Shown here: piece after piece, positions 19,301 through 28,103 of the stretch
Numbering within the stretch: the stretch's first letter is position 1
How the letters are laid out: every line of letters begins with the position of its first letter
Source: Nitrosomonas sp. PY1
GTDB taxonomy: Bacteria; Pseudomonadota; Gammaproteobacteria; Burkholderiales; Nitrosomonadaceae
Length of the DNA: 32,000 nt
NCBI RefSeq assembly: GCF_022836435.1
Contig: NZ_BQXC01000001.1
Location: 502,400-534,399, forward strand
Direction: 5' to 3'
Position numbers and translations under genes: made by a program
The notes under the pieces: generated by a model
What the model saw: only the letters and a program-made list of their open reading frames with translations
Told to the model about the DNA's origin: nothing
Database searches by the model: none

Positions 19301-20182
19301 ATGAAGAAGATGTTCACTTACCTGACATTGGCTATCTTCAGCTTTGGACTATTTGCGTTTGATGCTGTCGAAGCAGAAGCAGCCAAACGTATGGGGGGCG
19401 GTAAAAATATCGGTTCTCAACGACAATCGATCAACCAGCAACAAGCAGCGCCAAGCAGTTCTAAACAATCTCCTGCTGCACCTGGGGCGACGCCTTCGAC
19501 TGGAAGTAAATGGGGTGGCGCGCTGGCTGGCTTGGCTGCGGGCGGGCTTTTGGCGGCACTTTTTATGGGGGGCGCTTTTGAAGATATTAACATGATGGAT
19601 ATGTTGGTTCTGGCTTTGTTGATTGGTGCAGTATTTTTTGTGATACGCATGCTGCGTAAACCAAAGATGGCAGGACAGGGTGCGCGTATGCAGTATTCCG
19701 GAATGAATACGGATACGCAAGGTCAATTCAGTGCGCCGCCTTTTGGCGCTGCTGGAAACACTGTTTCATCGATGGATAATGCTGCTACGGCTCAGCAACC
19801 TAATATTCCTGCGGGATTTAAGGTGGAACCATTCCTGCGCAATGCGAAAAACTCTTTTATTAAGTTGCAAGCTGCCAATGATCGTGGCGATGTCAATGAA
19901 ATTCGTGATTATGCAACACCAGAGATGGTTGCTGAGATTACTACTCAAATTAATGAAAGAAATGGCGCGCAACAACAAACCGAAGTCATGTTTATTGATG
20001 CTAATTTACTCGAAGTTGAAACCACGAGCGATACAGCCATTGCAAGTGTGCGTTTTACAGGTCAGTTGAGAGATTTGCCTAATGGCGAGGCTGAATCTTT
20101 TGATGAAATTTGGCATGTACAGAAAGATCTTAAAGATCCAAATGCCACATGGTTACTTGCGGGTATTCAGCAGATCTCTTAG
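19301..20182 (+). CDS. Tim44-like domain membrane protein
   Basis: 293 aa. It has a signal or anchor segment, a Gln/Ser/Pro-rich low-complexity region, and Gly/Ala-rich TM segments (GGALAGLAAGGLLAALFMGG, LVLALLIGAVFFVI). The C-terminal domain is Tim44-like (FLRNAKNSFIKLQAANDRGDVNEIRDYATPEM ... WHVQKD ... WLLAGIQQ). The RBS is AGGAGA. Confidence 0.75.
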   Translation: MKKMFTYLTLAIFSFGLFAFDAVEAEAAKRMGGGKNIGSQRQSINQQQAAPSSSKQSPAAPGATPSTGSKWGGALAGLAAGGLLAALFMGGAFEDINMMDMLVLALLIGAVFFVIRMLRKPKMAGQGARMQYSGMNTDTQGQFSAPPFGAAGNTVSSMDNAATAQQPNIPAGFKVEPFLRNAKNSFIKLQAANDRGDVNEIRDYATPEMVAEITTQINERNGAQQQTEVMFIDANLLEVETTSDTAIASVRFTGQLRDLPNGEAESFDEIWHVQKDLKDPNATWLLAGIQQIS

Positions 20183-20223
20183 TGTGATTACGGAAAGTTA
20201 ATTTTCCTAACTTTCATTCTTCA

Positions 20224-20276
20224 ATCCGGAAACTGTTTTTGATTCATCTAAAAGACAGTTTTTCCGGATTTTTAGT
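20224..20276 (+). terminator. Probable intrinsic terminator after the Tim44-like gene
   Basis: atccggaaactgt (20224-20236) pairs with acagtttttccggat (20255-20269) as 9 bp plus 4 bp around a 2-nt bulge. It is followed by ttttagttt. Confidence 0.45.
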
Positions 20277-20464
20277 TTACAGTCTTTAAAGTGTTGTCAT
20301 ATAAATATGCTAACGAAGCTGTCAAAGGTACTAACTGATTATTGCAAACATCACATGCTTTCAATCAATTCAAAGAATCTTACAAGTCACTAACGGGCGC
20401 TATCCTAACCAATCACTGTATTTTGCTACAGAGACGGGTGAGTATGCTGTCAATACGTTTCCAG

Positions 20465-20725
20465 TTAGTTTATTTTGTTGATCGTTTCTGAAGATTTATC
20501 TTGGATAGAATCTTTTGTTTCTTCTAATCTATTTTCAATTCTTTTTCTTATACATTCTGCTTCACTTCCAGTGCAAGTAGCTTCTTCAATTCGGTTTACC
20601 GTTTCATTGGCTCCTCTTTTAATATCATTAGCAGTTGCGGTAGCTTTTTCTGATATCGTTTCATCTGCGTACACATTCATGACTGAAAGTGATAATGCTA
20701 AAATTATGAATGAATATAATCTCAT
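20465..20725 (-). CDS. Small secreted hypothetical protein
   Basis: 86 aa with a signal peptide MRLYSFIILALSLSVMNVYA, followed by a charged, helix-prone mature part with two Cys (EEATCTGSEAEC). AAGGAA lies about 8 nt upstream of the ATG. I recognise no family. Confidence 0.55.
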   Translation of the reverse strand: MRLYSFIILALSLSVMNVYADETISEKATATANDIKRGANETVNRIEEATCTGSEAECIRKRIENRLEETKDSIQDKSSETINKIN

Positions 20726-21086
20726 TTTATATTTCCTTTGTTTTGGCGAGTAATTGCTCGTTATGTGGTTTTAATAAAGGGAATTCATTAATCCGGAAGC
20801 TTCCATAGCTTAAGAAGGAATGCTACGATCATAATCAATTCTGCGACAAATACGTTTGAATTTTTCATACCAGAGCTCTGGCTATGCCAAAAAACACTAG
20901 AGCGTTAGTTTCACAGCAACACTAATAAATGTCAATGCTCAACCTTGCGTAACTGATATTGATTCTTGTTGCCAAAGTTGGCAGCATGACTCTCGGATAT
21001 TTACTGCACACCTTCAAAATTGAATCGATAGTCGGTGAGTTTTTTGTAAAGAGCAAAATCACTAGAAAAAAGAATTATTTTCTTGT

Positions 21087-21497
21087 CTAATTTTGTATAA
21101 ATGCATTAATTCCTGCTTGGGCGATCTGAGCATCCTGATTAGATCGCACACCGCTGACGCCAATTGCGCCGACAAATTGACCGTTGATGACAATCGGAAG
21201 CCCGCCTTCGATCGGTAGGGCTCCCGGTAAATTCAAATAGCGCAGGTGACCTTGGTTAATATTGTCTTCCAGAACTTTAGTCGGGCGCCGAAGGGCAATC
21301 GCTGCGCGTGCTTTCTCGATCGCGATTTGTATGCTACCAAACTGAGTGTCGTCTAAGCGCTGCAAGTAGAGCAAGTGCCCGCCATCGTCCAAGATGGCAA
21401 TGACAACCGGCCATTGGTTCGCCAGTGCCGTTTGCTCGGCTGCCTGAGCGATTTTTTTGGCGTCCGCTAAAGTTAGCATGATTTTTTCTGTTGTCAT
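21087..21497 (-). CDS. GlcG/HbpS-like (DUF336) putative heme-binding protein
   Basis: 136 aa with the typical DUF336 pattern (LTLADAKKIAQAA, VVIAILDDGGHLLYLQRLD, IAIEKARAA, GGLPI...G..VGAIGVSG). Confidence 0.8.
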   Translation of the reverse strand: MTTEKIMLTLADAKKIAQAAEQTALANQWPVVIAILDDGGHLLYLQRLDDTQFGSIQIAIEKARAAIALRRPTKVLEDNINQGHLRYLNLPGALPIEGGLPIVINGQFVGAIGVSGVRSNQDAQIAQAGINAFIQN

Positions 21498-22448
21498 TTA
21501 GATCCCGCCTCCATTTTCAAATACTTCATTTCGCATCTGTGCTTGTGAAACGTTACTTCCAGGTGGAACCGAACGGGTTAGCCACACATTGCCGCCAATG
21601 GTGGACCCACGTCCTATGGTGATTCTTCCTAGAATCGTTGCGCCGGCATAAATTACCACATCGTCTTCCACAATCGGATGACGTAAATTGCCTTTGACCA
21701 AAGCGCCACTTTCATCGACCGGAAAGCGTTTTGCACCGAGTGTAACAGCTTGATAGAGGCGCACATTATTACCGATGATGGCGGTTTCTCCAATGACAAC
21801 GCCAGTGCCATGGTCGATAAAAAAACTACTGCCGATTTGTGCGCCTGGATGGATCTCAATACCCGTTTCTGAGTGTGCGATTTCTGAGATCATGCGAGCG
21901 ATTAGCGGAACACCGAGCTGATAGAGTACATGTCCGAGGCGGTAGTGCATGGTTGCCATGATGCCCGGATAACATACTAAGACTTCGTCAATGTTACGTG
22001 CGGCGGGATCGCCTTCATATGCTGCTTTGATGTCACTTTCTACTAGTCGGCGTATTTGTGGAAGCTGCTTGGCAAATGCTTGCGCGATGATCGCTGATTG
22101 CTTGCGGTCTTCGTTGCTGAGAATTTCCAAACCGGAGTTGTAATGAAGTTCGTGCTGGATTTGTACCATCAATTCACGTAATGTCCGGTTCAGAGTATGT
22201 CCAACATAATGATCGATTCCTTCATCAGCCAACTCGGAAGATCCTAATCGATTAGGAAATAATGCAGCACACAAGCCTTCAGTGACGCTGGCTAGAATTC
22301 GACGCGACGGCAAGCGTGGTGGCGCGGTGTGGCGGTTGCGACTCTCCAAATTTGTTACACGAATGTTGCGTAATTCAATAACGATTTCATCTACATTCAG
22401 GTGTGTATTACGCACTAGAATGTCGCGTGTTCTTTTGGTTGTGCTCAC
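21498..22448 (-). CDS. cysE: Serine O-acetyltransferase (long form)
   Basis: 316 aa with a GTG start. Left-handed beta-helix hexapeptide repeats are visible ([42 protein letters not shown]...), along with the SAT N-terminal helical domain. Confidence 0.9.
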   Translation of the reverse strand: MSTTKRTRDILVRNTHLNVDEIVIELRNIRVTNLESRNRHTAPPRLPSRRILASVTEGLCAALFPNRLGSSELADEGIDHYVGHTLNRTLRELMVQIQHELHYNSGLEILSNEDRKQSAIIAQAFAKQLPQIRRLVESDIKAAYEGDPAARNIDEVLVCYPGIMATMHYRLGHVLYQLGVPLIARMISEIAHSETGIEIHPGAQIGSSFFIDHGTGVVIGETAIIGNNVRLYQAVTLGAKRFPVDESGALVKGNLRHPIVEDDVVIYAGATILGRITIGRGSTIGGNVWLTRSVPPGSNVSQAQMRNEVFENGGGI

Positions 22449-23425
22449 AGCGGTGTCATGCCTTGCTCGTCAAACATGCCTTCAAACAGGATGCTGCTTA
22501 AATAGCGCTCTGCAGAATCTGGCAGTATGGTTACAATGGTTTTTCCGGCATTTTCAGGACGCTTGGCTTGGCGTATGGCAGCTACTACGGCGGCACCGCA
22601 GGAGATACCAGCCAGTATGCCTTCTTCTTTGGCCAAGCGGCGCGCGTATTGAATGGCTTCTTCATTCGTAACTTGTTCGACGGCATCGATCAGTGACAAA
22701 TCCAAGTTATCCGGTACAAAGCCAGCGCCAATCCCCTGAATTTTATGCGAGCTTGGTGTCAGTGTTTCACCGGCACGTTTTTGTGTAATCACAGGACTAG
22801 CCGATGGTTCAACGGCTACCGAAATGATGTTCTTGCCGCGAGTTTTTTTGATATACCGTGAGACGCCGGTTATCGTACCACCGGTTCCGACACCCGCAAC
22901 GAAGATATCCACTGCGCCATCGGTATCCTCCCAAATTTCCGGGCCAGTCGTTTTTTCGTGAATTGCTGGGTTGGCAGGGTTTTTGAATTGTTGTAGCAAG
23001 ACATAGCGGTTTGGATCGGAATCAACGATTTCCTGTGCTTTGGCGATTGCACCATTCATGCCTTTTGCTCCTTCGGTCAAGGCAAGTTTTGCACCCAATG
23101 CTACGAGCAATTTACGCCGCTCTAGACTCATAGTTTCTGGCATTGTCAGAGTCAGAGGAATACCCCGGGCTGCTGCAACAAAAGCTAGCGCAATGCCGGT
23201 ATTACCGCTGGTTGGCTCAACAATTTCCTTTCCTTTACCGAGCAGCCCTTTATGCTCAGCATCATCAATCATTGCCGCACCAATCCGGCATTTAACTGAA
23301 TAAGCCGGATTGCGTCCTTCAATTTTCGCTAATATCAATGCGGGAGCGCCATCGGTGATACGATTCAGGCGTACCAATGGAGTCCGTCCAATAGAGAATG
23401 CGTTGTCTTTAAACCAATTTGCCAT
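22445..23425 (-). CDS. cysK: Cysteine synthase A (O-acetylserine sulfhydrylase)
   Basis: 326 aa with the [14 protein letters not shown]-lysine motif, [12 protein letters not shown], and [10 protein letters not shown]. Confidence 0.93.
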   Translation of the reverse strand: MANWFKDNAFSIGRTPLVRLNRITDGAPALILAKIEGRNPAYSVKCRIGAAMIDDAEHKGLLGKGKEIVEPTSGNTGIALAFVAAARGIPLTLTMPETMSLERRKLLVALGAKLALTEGAKGMNGAIAKAQEIVDSDPNRYVLLQQFKNPANPAIHEKTTGPEIWEDTDGAVDIFVAGVGTGGTITGVSRYIKKTRGKNIISVAVEPSASPVITQKRAGETLTPSSHKIQGIGAGFVPDNLDLSLIDAVEQVTNEEAIQYARRLAKEEGILAGISCGAAVVAAIRQAKRPENAGKTIVTILPDSAERYLSSILFEGMFDEQGMTPL

Positions 23426-23660
23426 GAGTTTTCCTCTGTGTGCTAATGAATGACAGAATATCAGCTTTTGACTATAGCGCAGTCATGCTGAGATTAACAG
23501 GTCGTTGAATGTTGCTATTTTTTTATTATTAATGCGTGATAGCAAAATGAAAAATTTACCATGCTTATCCCGGGAAATGCAATTAATTGTAACGTTGATC
23601 GAACATCGCAAAGAATCCTGTATAGTACGGTTTTTACAGATAGATCGGAAAGGAGTTTCG

Positions 23661-23921
23661 ATGAATGCAGAGGTAATTTCATGCGAGCTGCATGATTTCG
23701 TTGAAGTGGCTTGCATGTATGGTTATCACTTAAGGGTGGTACTCAAGAATCAGCAAATCGTAGAAGGTAAAGCGCTAGATATTGTCAATTCGCCAGAAAA
23801 GCGTGAATGCCTGATTATTGATCAGAGTGGCGATGATAAGCAGTACATTGATTTGACTGAACTGGTCAAAATGGAGGTGTTAACGCCAAATGCTCGGTTT
23901 AAGGAAGTTGTTTTTGATTAA
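23661..23921 (+). CDS. rof: Rof (YaeO)-like Rho-binding anti-terminator
   Basis: 86 aa starting at ATG 23661, with AAGGAG 7 nt upstream. MNAEVISCELHDFVEVACMYGYHLRVVLKNQQIVEGKALD follows the Rof pattern C..YD.LE.AC. The longer 138-aa ORF in the track (from 23505) looks like a spurious 5' extension. Confidence 0.7.
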   Translation: MNAEVISCELHDFVEVACMYGYHLRVVLKNQQIVEGKALDIVNSPEKRECLIIDQSGDDKQYIDLTELVKMEVLTPNARFKEVVFD

Positions 23922-23945
23922 GATGTTTTTTTGCTATAAAAACGG

Positions 23946-25019
23946 ATGATAACTATTGCTTCATTATTGATAGATTGGCATCGCAAATATGGACGCCACG
24001 ATTTGCCTTGGCAAAAAAATCGTGATCCATATGCAATCTGGGTATCCGAGATTATGCTGCAGCAAACCCAGGTCAATACGGTTATTCCTTATTATCATCG
24101 TTTTATGCAGGCTTTTCCTACTGTCGCTAGCTTGGCAGATGCGCCATTGGAGGCTGTCTTGGCGCTGTGGAGCGGTCTTGGTTATTATTCGCGCGCACGG
24201 AATTTGCATGCATCGGCACGTATAGTGGCATCAAACTACCAATGTCGCTTTCCTGTCGACCGATGCTCACTGGAGCAATTGCCTGGGATAGGGCGCTCCA
24301 CTGCTGCGGCAATTGCAGTTTTTTCGTTTGGACAGCGCGAAGCGATTTTGGACGGCAATGTTAAACGTGTGTTTGCGCGTTATTTTGGTATTGATGGTTT
24401 TCCAAGCGAATCCAAGGTGCAAAAAATACTTTGGGAGAAAGCGGAAGAGGCTTTGCCTCATGATTATCAGAATGGCCAGATTGAAGCCTATACGCAAGCG
24501 TTAATGGATTTAGGTGCAACGGTTTGTAGTCGGGGTGCGCCGACGTGCGAAGTCTGCCCGTTAAATCGTTATTGCATTGCTGCAATTGAGCGTCGTATAG
24601 ATCAACTACCTACACCAAAACCGCGCAAATCACTACCACAAAAGGAAGTCATTTTTTTGTTTTTGTTGCGAGATCGAAAATTATTTCTGCAAAAAAGACC
24701 AACTTCTGGTATCTGGGGTGGGTTATGGTGCCTACCTGAAATCAGTGCAGGAGTGGATGTTTCGGCGTATTGCTCAGATCAGTGGCATATCCAAGTCAAA
24801 ACATTGCATGAATTGCCTATTTTGAATCATCAGTTTACTCACTTTAAATTGCGTATTTATCCAAAACTGTTGACGATCCGATCGGAAAAGATGGCTTTGT
24901 CTGACGATTCGATCTGGATATATCCTTCTGAGGCTCTGGAGCGTGGCATTCCAACTCCGGTTAGAAAGTTATTGCAGCGTACTTTTTCATCATCGAATAA
25001 CTTGGCTATTTTTATATAA
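23946..25019 (+). CDS. mutY: A/G-specific adenine DNA glycosylase
   Basis: 357 aa with HhH-GPD motifs (WVSEIMLQQTQV, LPGIGRSTAAAI). The 4Fe-4S cluster loop is C-x6-C-x2-C-x5-C (CSRGAPTCEVCPLNRYC). The C-terminal domain is NUDIX-like. Confidence 0.92.
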   Translation: MITIASLLIDWHRKYGRHDLPWQKNRDPYAIWVSEIMLQQTQVNTVIPYYHRFMQAFPTVASLADAPLEAVLALWSGLGYYSRARNLHASARIVASNYQCRFPVDRCSLEQLPGIGRSTAAAIAVFSFGQREAILDGNVKRVFARYFGIDGFPSESKVQKILWEKAEEALPHDYQNGQIEAYTQALMDLGATVCSRGAPTCEVCPLNRYCIAAIERRIDQLPTPKPRKSLPQKEVIFLFLLRDRKLFLQKRPTSGIWGGLWCLPEISAGVDVSAYCSDQWHIQVKTLHELPILNHQFTHFKLRIYPKLLTIRSEKMALSDDSIWIYPSEALERGIPTPVRKLLQRTFSSSNNLAIFI

Positions 25020-25619
25020 GTGATGAATACCGATTGGTCGACTTGGCGTAAAGAAAAACGTAAACAACTGATTGCCGCGCGCGAAACAATTCGACCGGAA
25101 GCGCACCAGCAATGGAGTCAGAGTATTACTGATTTTCTCAAACAAGAGTTTCCGCAGCTGCAAAAGATGATTGTTGGAATTTATTGGCCATTCCGTGGTG
25201 AGTATGATCCGCGCGCCATCGCACAATACTTACTCAATGGAGGTGCTACCTTAGCACTCCCAGAAGTTATTCAGCGGAATGAAGCTTTGCGTTTCTGTGA
25301 ATGGACACCGGGTATGGCAATGAAAACCGGATCGTATGGGATCGCAGTACCCATAGATTCTCGACAAGTGTTGCCCAATGCATTGTTGATTCCTATGGTG
25401 GGGTTTGATGCGTACGGGTATCGTTTAGGTTATGGCAGTGGCTATTTTGACTGCACGCTCGCTGCTTATGATCTCCTGCCTTTGACTATCGGCATTGCGT
25501 TTGAATTGCAGCGATTGGAAAATATCCATCCACAATCGCACGACATACCTATGCAGTATATCGTGACAGAAGCGGGTACCTTTTGTTGTAACGACAACCT
25601 GATAAATAGGGAAGATTAG
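25020..25619 (+). CDS. 5-formyltetrahydrofolate cyclo-ligase
   Basis: 199 aa with family motifs (RKEKRKQLIAARE, GFDAYGYRLGYGSGYFD). The start is GTG 25020 or ATG 25023, immediately after the mutY stop. Confidence 0.85.
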   Translation: MMNTDWSTWRKEKRKQLIAARETIRPEAHQQWSQSITDFLKQEFPQLQKMIVGIYWPFRGEYDPRAIAQYLLNGGATLALPEVIQRNEALRFCEWTPGMAMKTGSYGIAVPIDSRQVLPNALLIPMVGFDAYGYRLGYGSGYFDCTLAAYDLLPLTIGIAFELQRLENIHPQSHDIPMQYIVTEAGTFCCNDNLINRED

Positions 25620-26263
25620 TTGTGTTTAAAGGATTCTTTAAAGTCATGTGTTTGTAAGACTTACTATTAAAATGTAGAAGACTAGAGAGAGGTTGTAGTG
25701 GATTAGCTTAAATAATAGATAAACTACCACAGCTCCTAGCTTTTTACTCCCCAACGTGGAGTGAGAGAGTGATTGATTTTTAAATAATCCAAGATGCGAG
25801 CTACGACAAAATCAATCCTTCAATAGGAGGGCATAAAAAATGTGGTGTGTTTTTTCAAATCAGGCCACCATTTTCAAAGTTGATGTATGTCTTTCCGTAT
25901 TTTTCCCGATCTTTAACCCCGGATACCAGTGTTCAAAATGACGGTGTAAATCGTTATTCAGAGCCGCCGTTTTCGTTTGTAACAGATAATGGAGGTCTTG
26001 CGTCCATTGCATTTGCTGTTTCTTAACCTTCGGTCTAGCGCTCTTTCAACATTGCCATGCCAAAGTACCTTTGGTGCTTTCTAAGGCACCGGTGAGCTAA
26101 TAATTGCGCTAACAGGCGAATTCCCGTAAGGCATTCCGGATGCGTCGGTAAGCGCGTGTGTGACGGGTTTTTTGATCGGGTATGGGAAGAGCTTGATTGG
26201 ATCAATGACATTCAAGTTTTGCAGAATGTCGTGGATAATTATACGGCGGAACTGCCTTAGTGT

Positions 26264-27217
26264 TCAATTTTTCGTCTCTGTAGAATTATCCATTTCACGT
26301 TCTTGCCGTTCGATGAAATCCTTGGTGCTATCGATACCACGTAGTTGTAGCACATAATTTCGTACAGCAGCTTCTACCAGAACCGCTAAATTGCGACCCG
26401 CTGCAACAGGGATGATTACTTTGCGAATATCGACGTTCATGATGTTTTGATTGAGATTGCTCAATGGTAAGCGTTCTAGTGCTACTTGATCTCCAGAGAC
26501 GCCATTTTGTAAGTGAACAATCAATTTCATGTTTTTGCGGCGCCTAACCGCGGTTTCACCAAAAATGGTGCGGATATTCAATATCCCTAATCCACGAACT
26601 TCCAGATAATCTCTCAACATCGGAGGGCAACGTCCTTCAAGAGTTTCAGGCGCAATGCGGCGCAACTCTACAATGTCGTCTGCAACCAAGCCGTGTCCGC
26701 GGCTAATAAGTTCAAGCGCCAACTCACTTTTACCAACACCGCTTTCACCTGTGATCAATACACCCATACCTAATACATCCAACAGTACACCATGTAAAAT
26801 ACAAGAAGGCGCGAGTACACTGCTGAGATAGGTACGAATTACCCAGATGATCTCAGAGCTGGGATATGGGGATCTGAGCAAAGGGATGTTGGCGTCATTG
26901 GATAGTGCAAGAATGGACTTGGGTGCCTCAGCATTATCCGCAATAATGATACAAACCATATTACTTTGTATCAATTGGTTGATTTTTTTTTCTAACGTAT
27001 GGGGATCGAGCCGGTTTAAATAATTGATTCCGTCGCTATTTAATACTTGAATCCAATCAGGTTGAATGAAGTTCAAGTAACCAATGGCTTCTTTGTCATT
27101 ATGTAAGACAGAATCGTCTGTGAGTAATTTATTGTTTCCCTCGTAGCCTGAAACCCAACTGAGTTTAAGCTTTTCCTTCTTGTCTTCAAATAATTGCGCG
27201 ATGCTAATTTGTGACAT
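26264..27217 (-). CDS. hprK: HPr kinase/phosphorylase
   Basis: Carries the Walker A GESGVGKSE and the LVADD and EVRGLGI motifs. ATG 27217 (MSQISIAQLFEDKK) is preferred to TTG 27235, in line with the usual betaproteobacterial HprK N-terminus. Confidence 0.9.
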   Translation of the reverse strand: MSQISIAQLFEDKKEKLKLSWVSGYEGNNKLLTDDSVLHNDKEAIGYLNFIQPDWIQVLNSDGINYLNRLDPHTLEKKINQLIQSNMVCIIIADNAEAPKSILALSNDANIPLLRSPYPSSEIIWVIRTYLSSVLAPSCILHGVLLDVLGMGVLITGESGVGKSELALELISRGHGLVADDIVELRRIAPETLEGRCPPMLRDYLEVRGLGILNIRTIFGETAVRRRKNMKLIVHLQNGVSGDQVALERLPLSNLNQNIMNVDIRKVIIPVAAGRNLAVLVEAAVRNYVLQLRGIDSTKDFIERQEREMDNSTETKN

Positions 27218-27671
27218 TTGGTTTCCAATCAGCAATCATTTGGTGAATTGCAGCACCATCTTTGTGGCGTAAAAGATTATCGCGAAATTGTTTGTCACTA
27301 AACATTTGCGCCAATTCACTAAGGATCTGTAAATGCTGGTCGGTAGCTTTTTCTGGGACGAGCAAAATACAAGCGATATTGACAGGTTGACCATCAGGGG
27401 CATCAAATGGAATCGGTTCTTTTAAAGTTACTAATGCTGCTACGGCTTCACGCAATCCTTTGATACGACCGTGTGGAATTGCCACGCCTTGCCCTAAACC
27501 GGTTGATCCGAGTTTTTCGCGGGCAAATAAGCTTTCAAAAACCTGACTGCGTGCAATTTGTTTTGTGTTTTCGAATAATAATCCGGCTTGTTCAAATACC
27601 CTTTTTTTACTGGCAACATCTAAATCAACAATGACATTGGCTGGAGGAAGTAGCTGAGAAATGAGATTCAT
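27204..27671 (-). CDS. ptsN: PTS-Ntr EIIA (nitrogen regulatory protein PtsN)
   Basis: 155 aa containing GLGQGVAIPHGR with the phosphorylatable His, located directly downstream of hpf and rpoN. Confidence 0.9.
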   Translation of the reverse strand: MNLISQLLPPANVIVDLDVASKKRVFEQAGLLFENTKQIARSQVFESLFAREKLGSTGLGQGVAIPHGRIKGLREAVAALVTLKEPIPFDAPDGQPVNIACILLVPEKATDQHLQILSELAQMFSDKQFRDNLLRHKDGAAIHQMIADWKPNVTN

Positions 27672-27758
27672 TAAGAATTTGTTTTTTTTAATAATTATTT
27701 TGACGGAATATTGTTAATACGCATTTGTGTGACAGTCTTTATGAAAAAGTTAATGTGC

Positions 27759-28085
27759 TTAAGATTCAAAATCATGATCTTTTAATCCACTATGATTGCG
27801 TTTTTCAAGATTCTTTTCTTTATGTTTAAGTATTTGCCTATCTAATTTATCGACCAAACTGTCAATCGATGCGTACATGTTTTCACTTTCTGTTTCGACA
27901 AAAATATCTTTACCGCGAATATGAATGTTTGCCTCTGCTTTTTGTACTAGCTTTTCTACCGACAAGATGACGCTAACATCAATAACATGATCGAAATGCC
28001 GTGTTATTTTACCGATTTTTGAAGTAACGTATTCACGCAATGCTTCAGTAATTTCTACGTGATTGCCGATAAGCTTAAGATTCAT
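27759..28085 (-). CDS. hpf: Ribosome hibernation promoting factor (sigma-54 modulation protein, short form)
   Basis: 108 aa, MNLKLIGNHVEITEALREYVTSKIGKITRHF. This is the classic HPF/YhbH sequence, located directly downstream of rpoN. Confidence 0.9.
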   Translation of the reverse strand: MNLKLIGNHVEITEALREYVTSKIGKITRHFDHVIDVSVILSVEKLVQKAEANIHIRGKDIFVETESENMYASIDSLVDKLDRQILKHKEKNLEKRNHSGLKDHDFES

Positions 28086-28103
28086 AGTAATCCTTTATTC
28101 TAT

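Noticed and set aside
20788-20868. 26-aa hydrophobic minus-strand peptide (MKNSNVFVAELIMIVAFLLKLWKLPD), resembling a type I toxin or small membrane peptide.
   Set aside because: There is no Shine-Dalgarno sequence upstream, no antisense RNA features, and it is very short. It cannot be separated from chance in an AT-rich spacer.
26032-26211. 59-aa minus-strand ORF in the hprK-downstream gap (MSLIQSSSSHTRSKNPSHTRLPTHPECLTGIRLLAQLL...).
   Set aside because: The sequence is highly basic and Ser/His/Arg-rich, has no RBS, and overlaps the other open-frame fragments. It is more likely a by-product of decayed sequence than a gene.
25620-26263. Looked for a 6S RNA (ssrS) next to the 5-formyl-THF cyclo-ligase gene, plus tmRNA, RNase P and SRP signatures in the gap.
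   Set aside because: In the classical arrangement ssrS lies upstream of the cyclo-ligase gene, but here mutY abuts that gene with no spacer. The downstream gap shows no long closing stem with a central bubble and none of the conserved strings I remember for these RNAs. A GGGTTTTTT run at about 26165-26173 is preceded only by a 4-bp stem.
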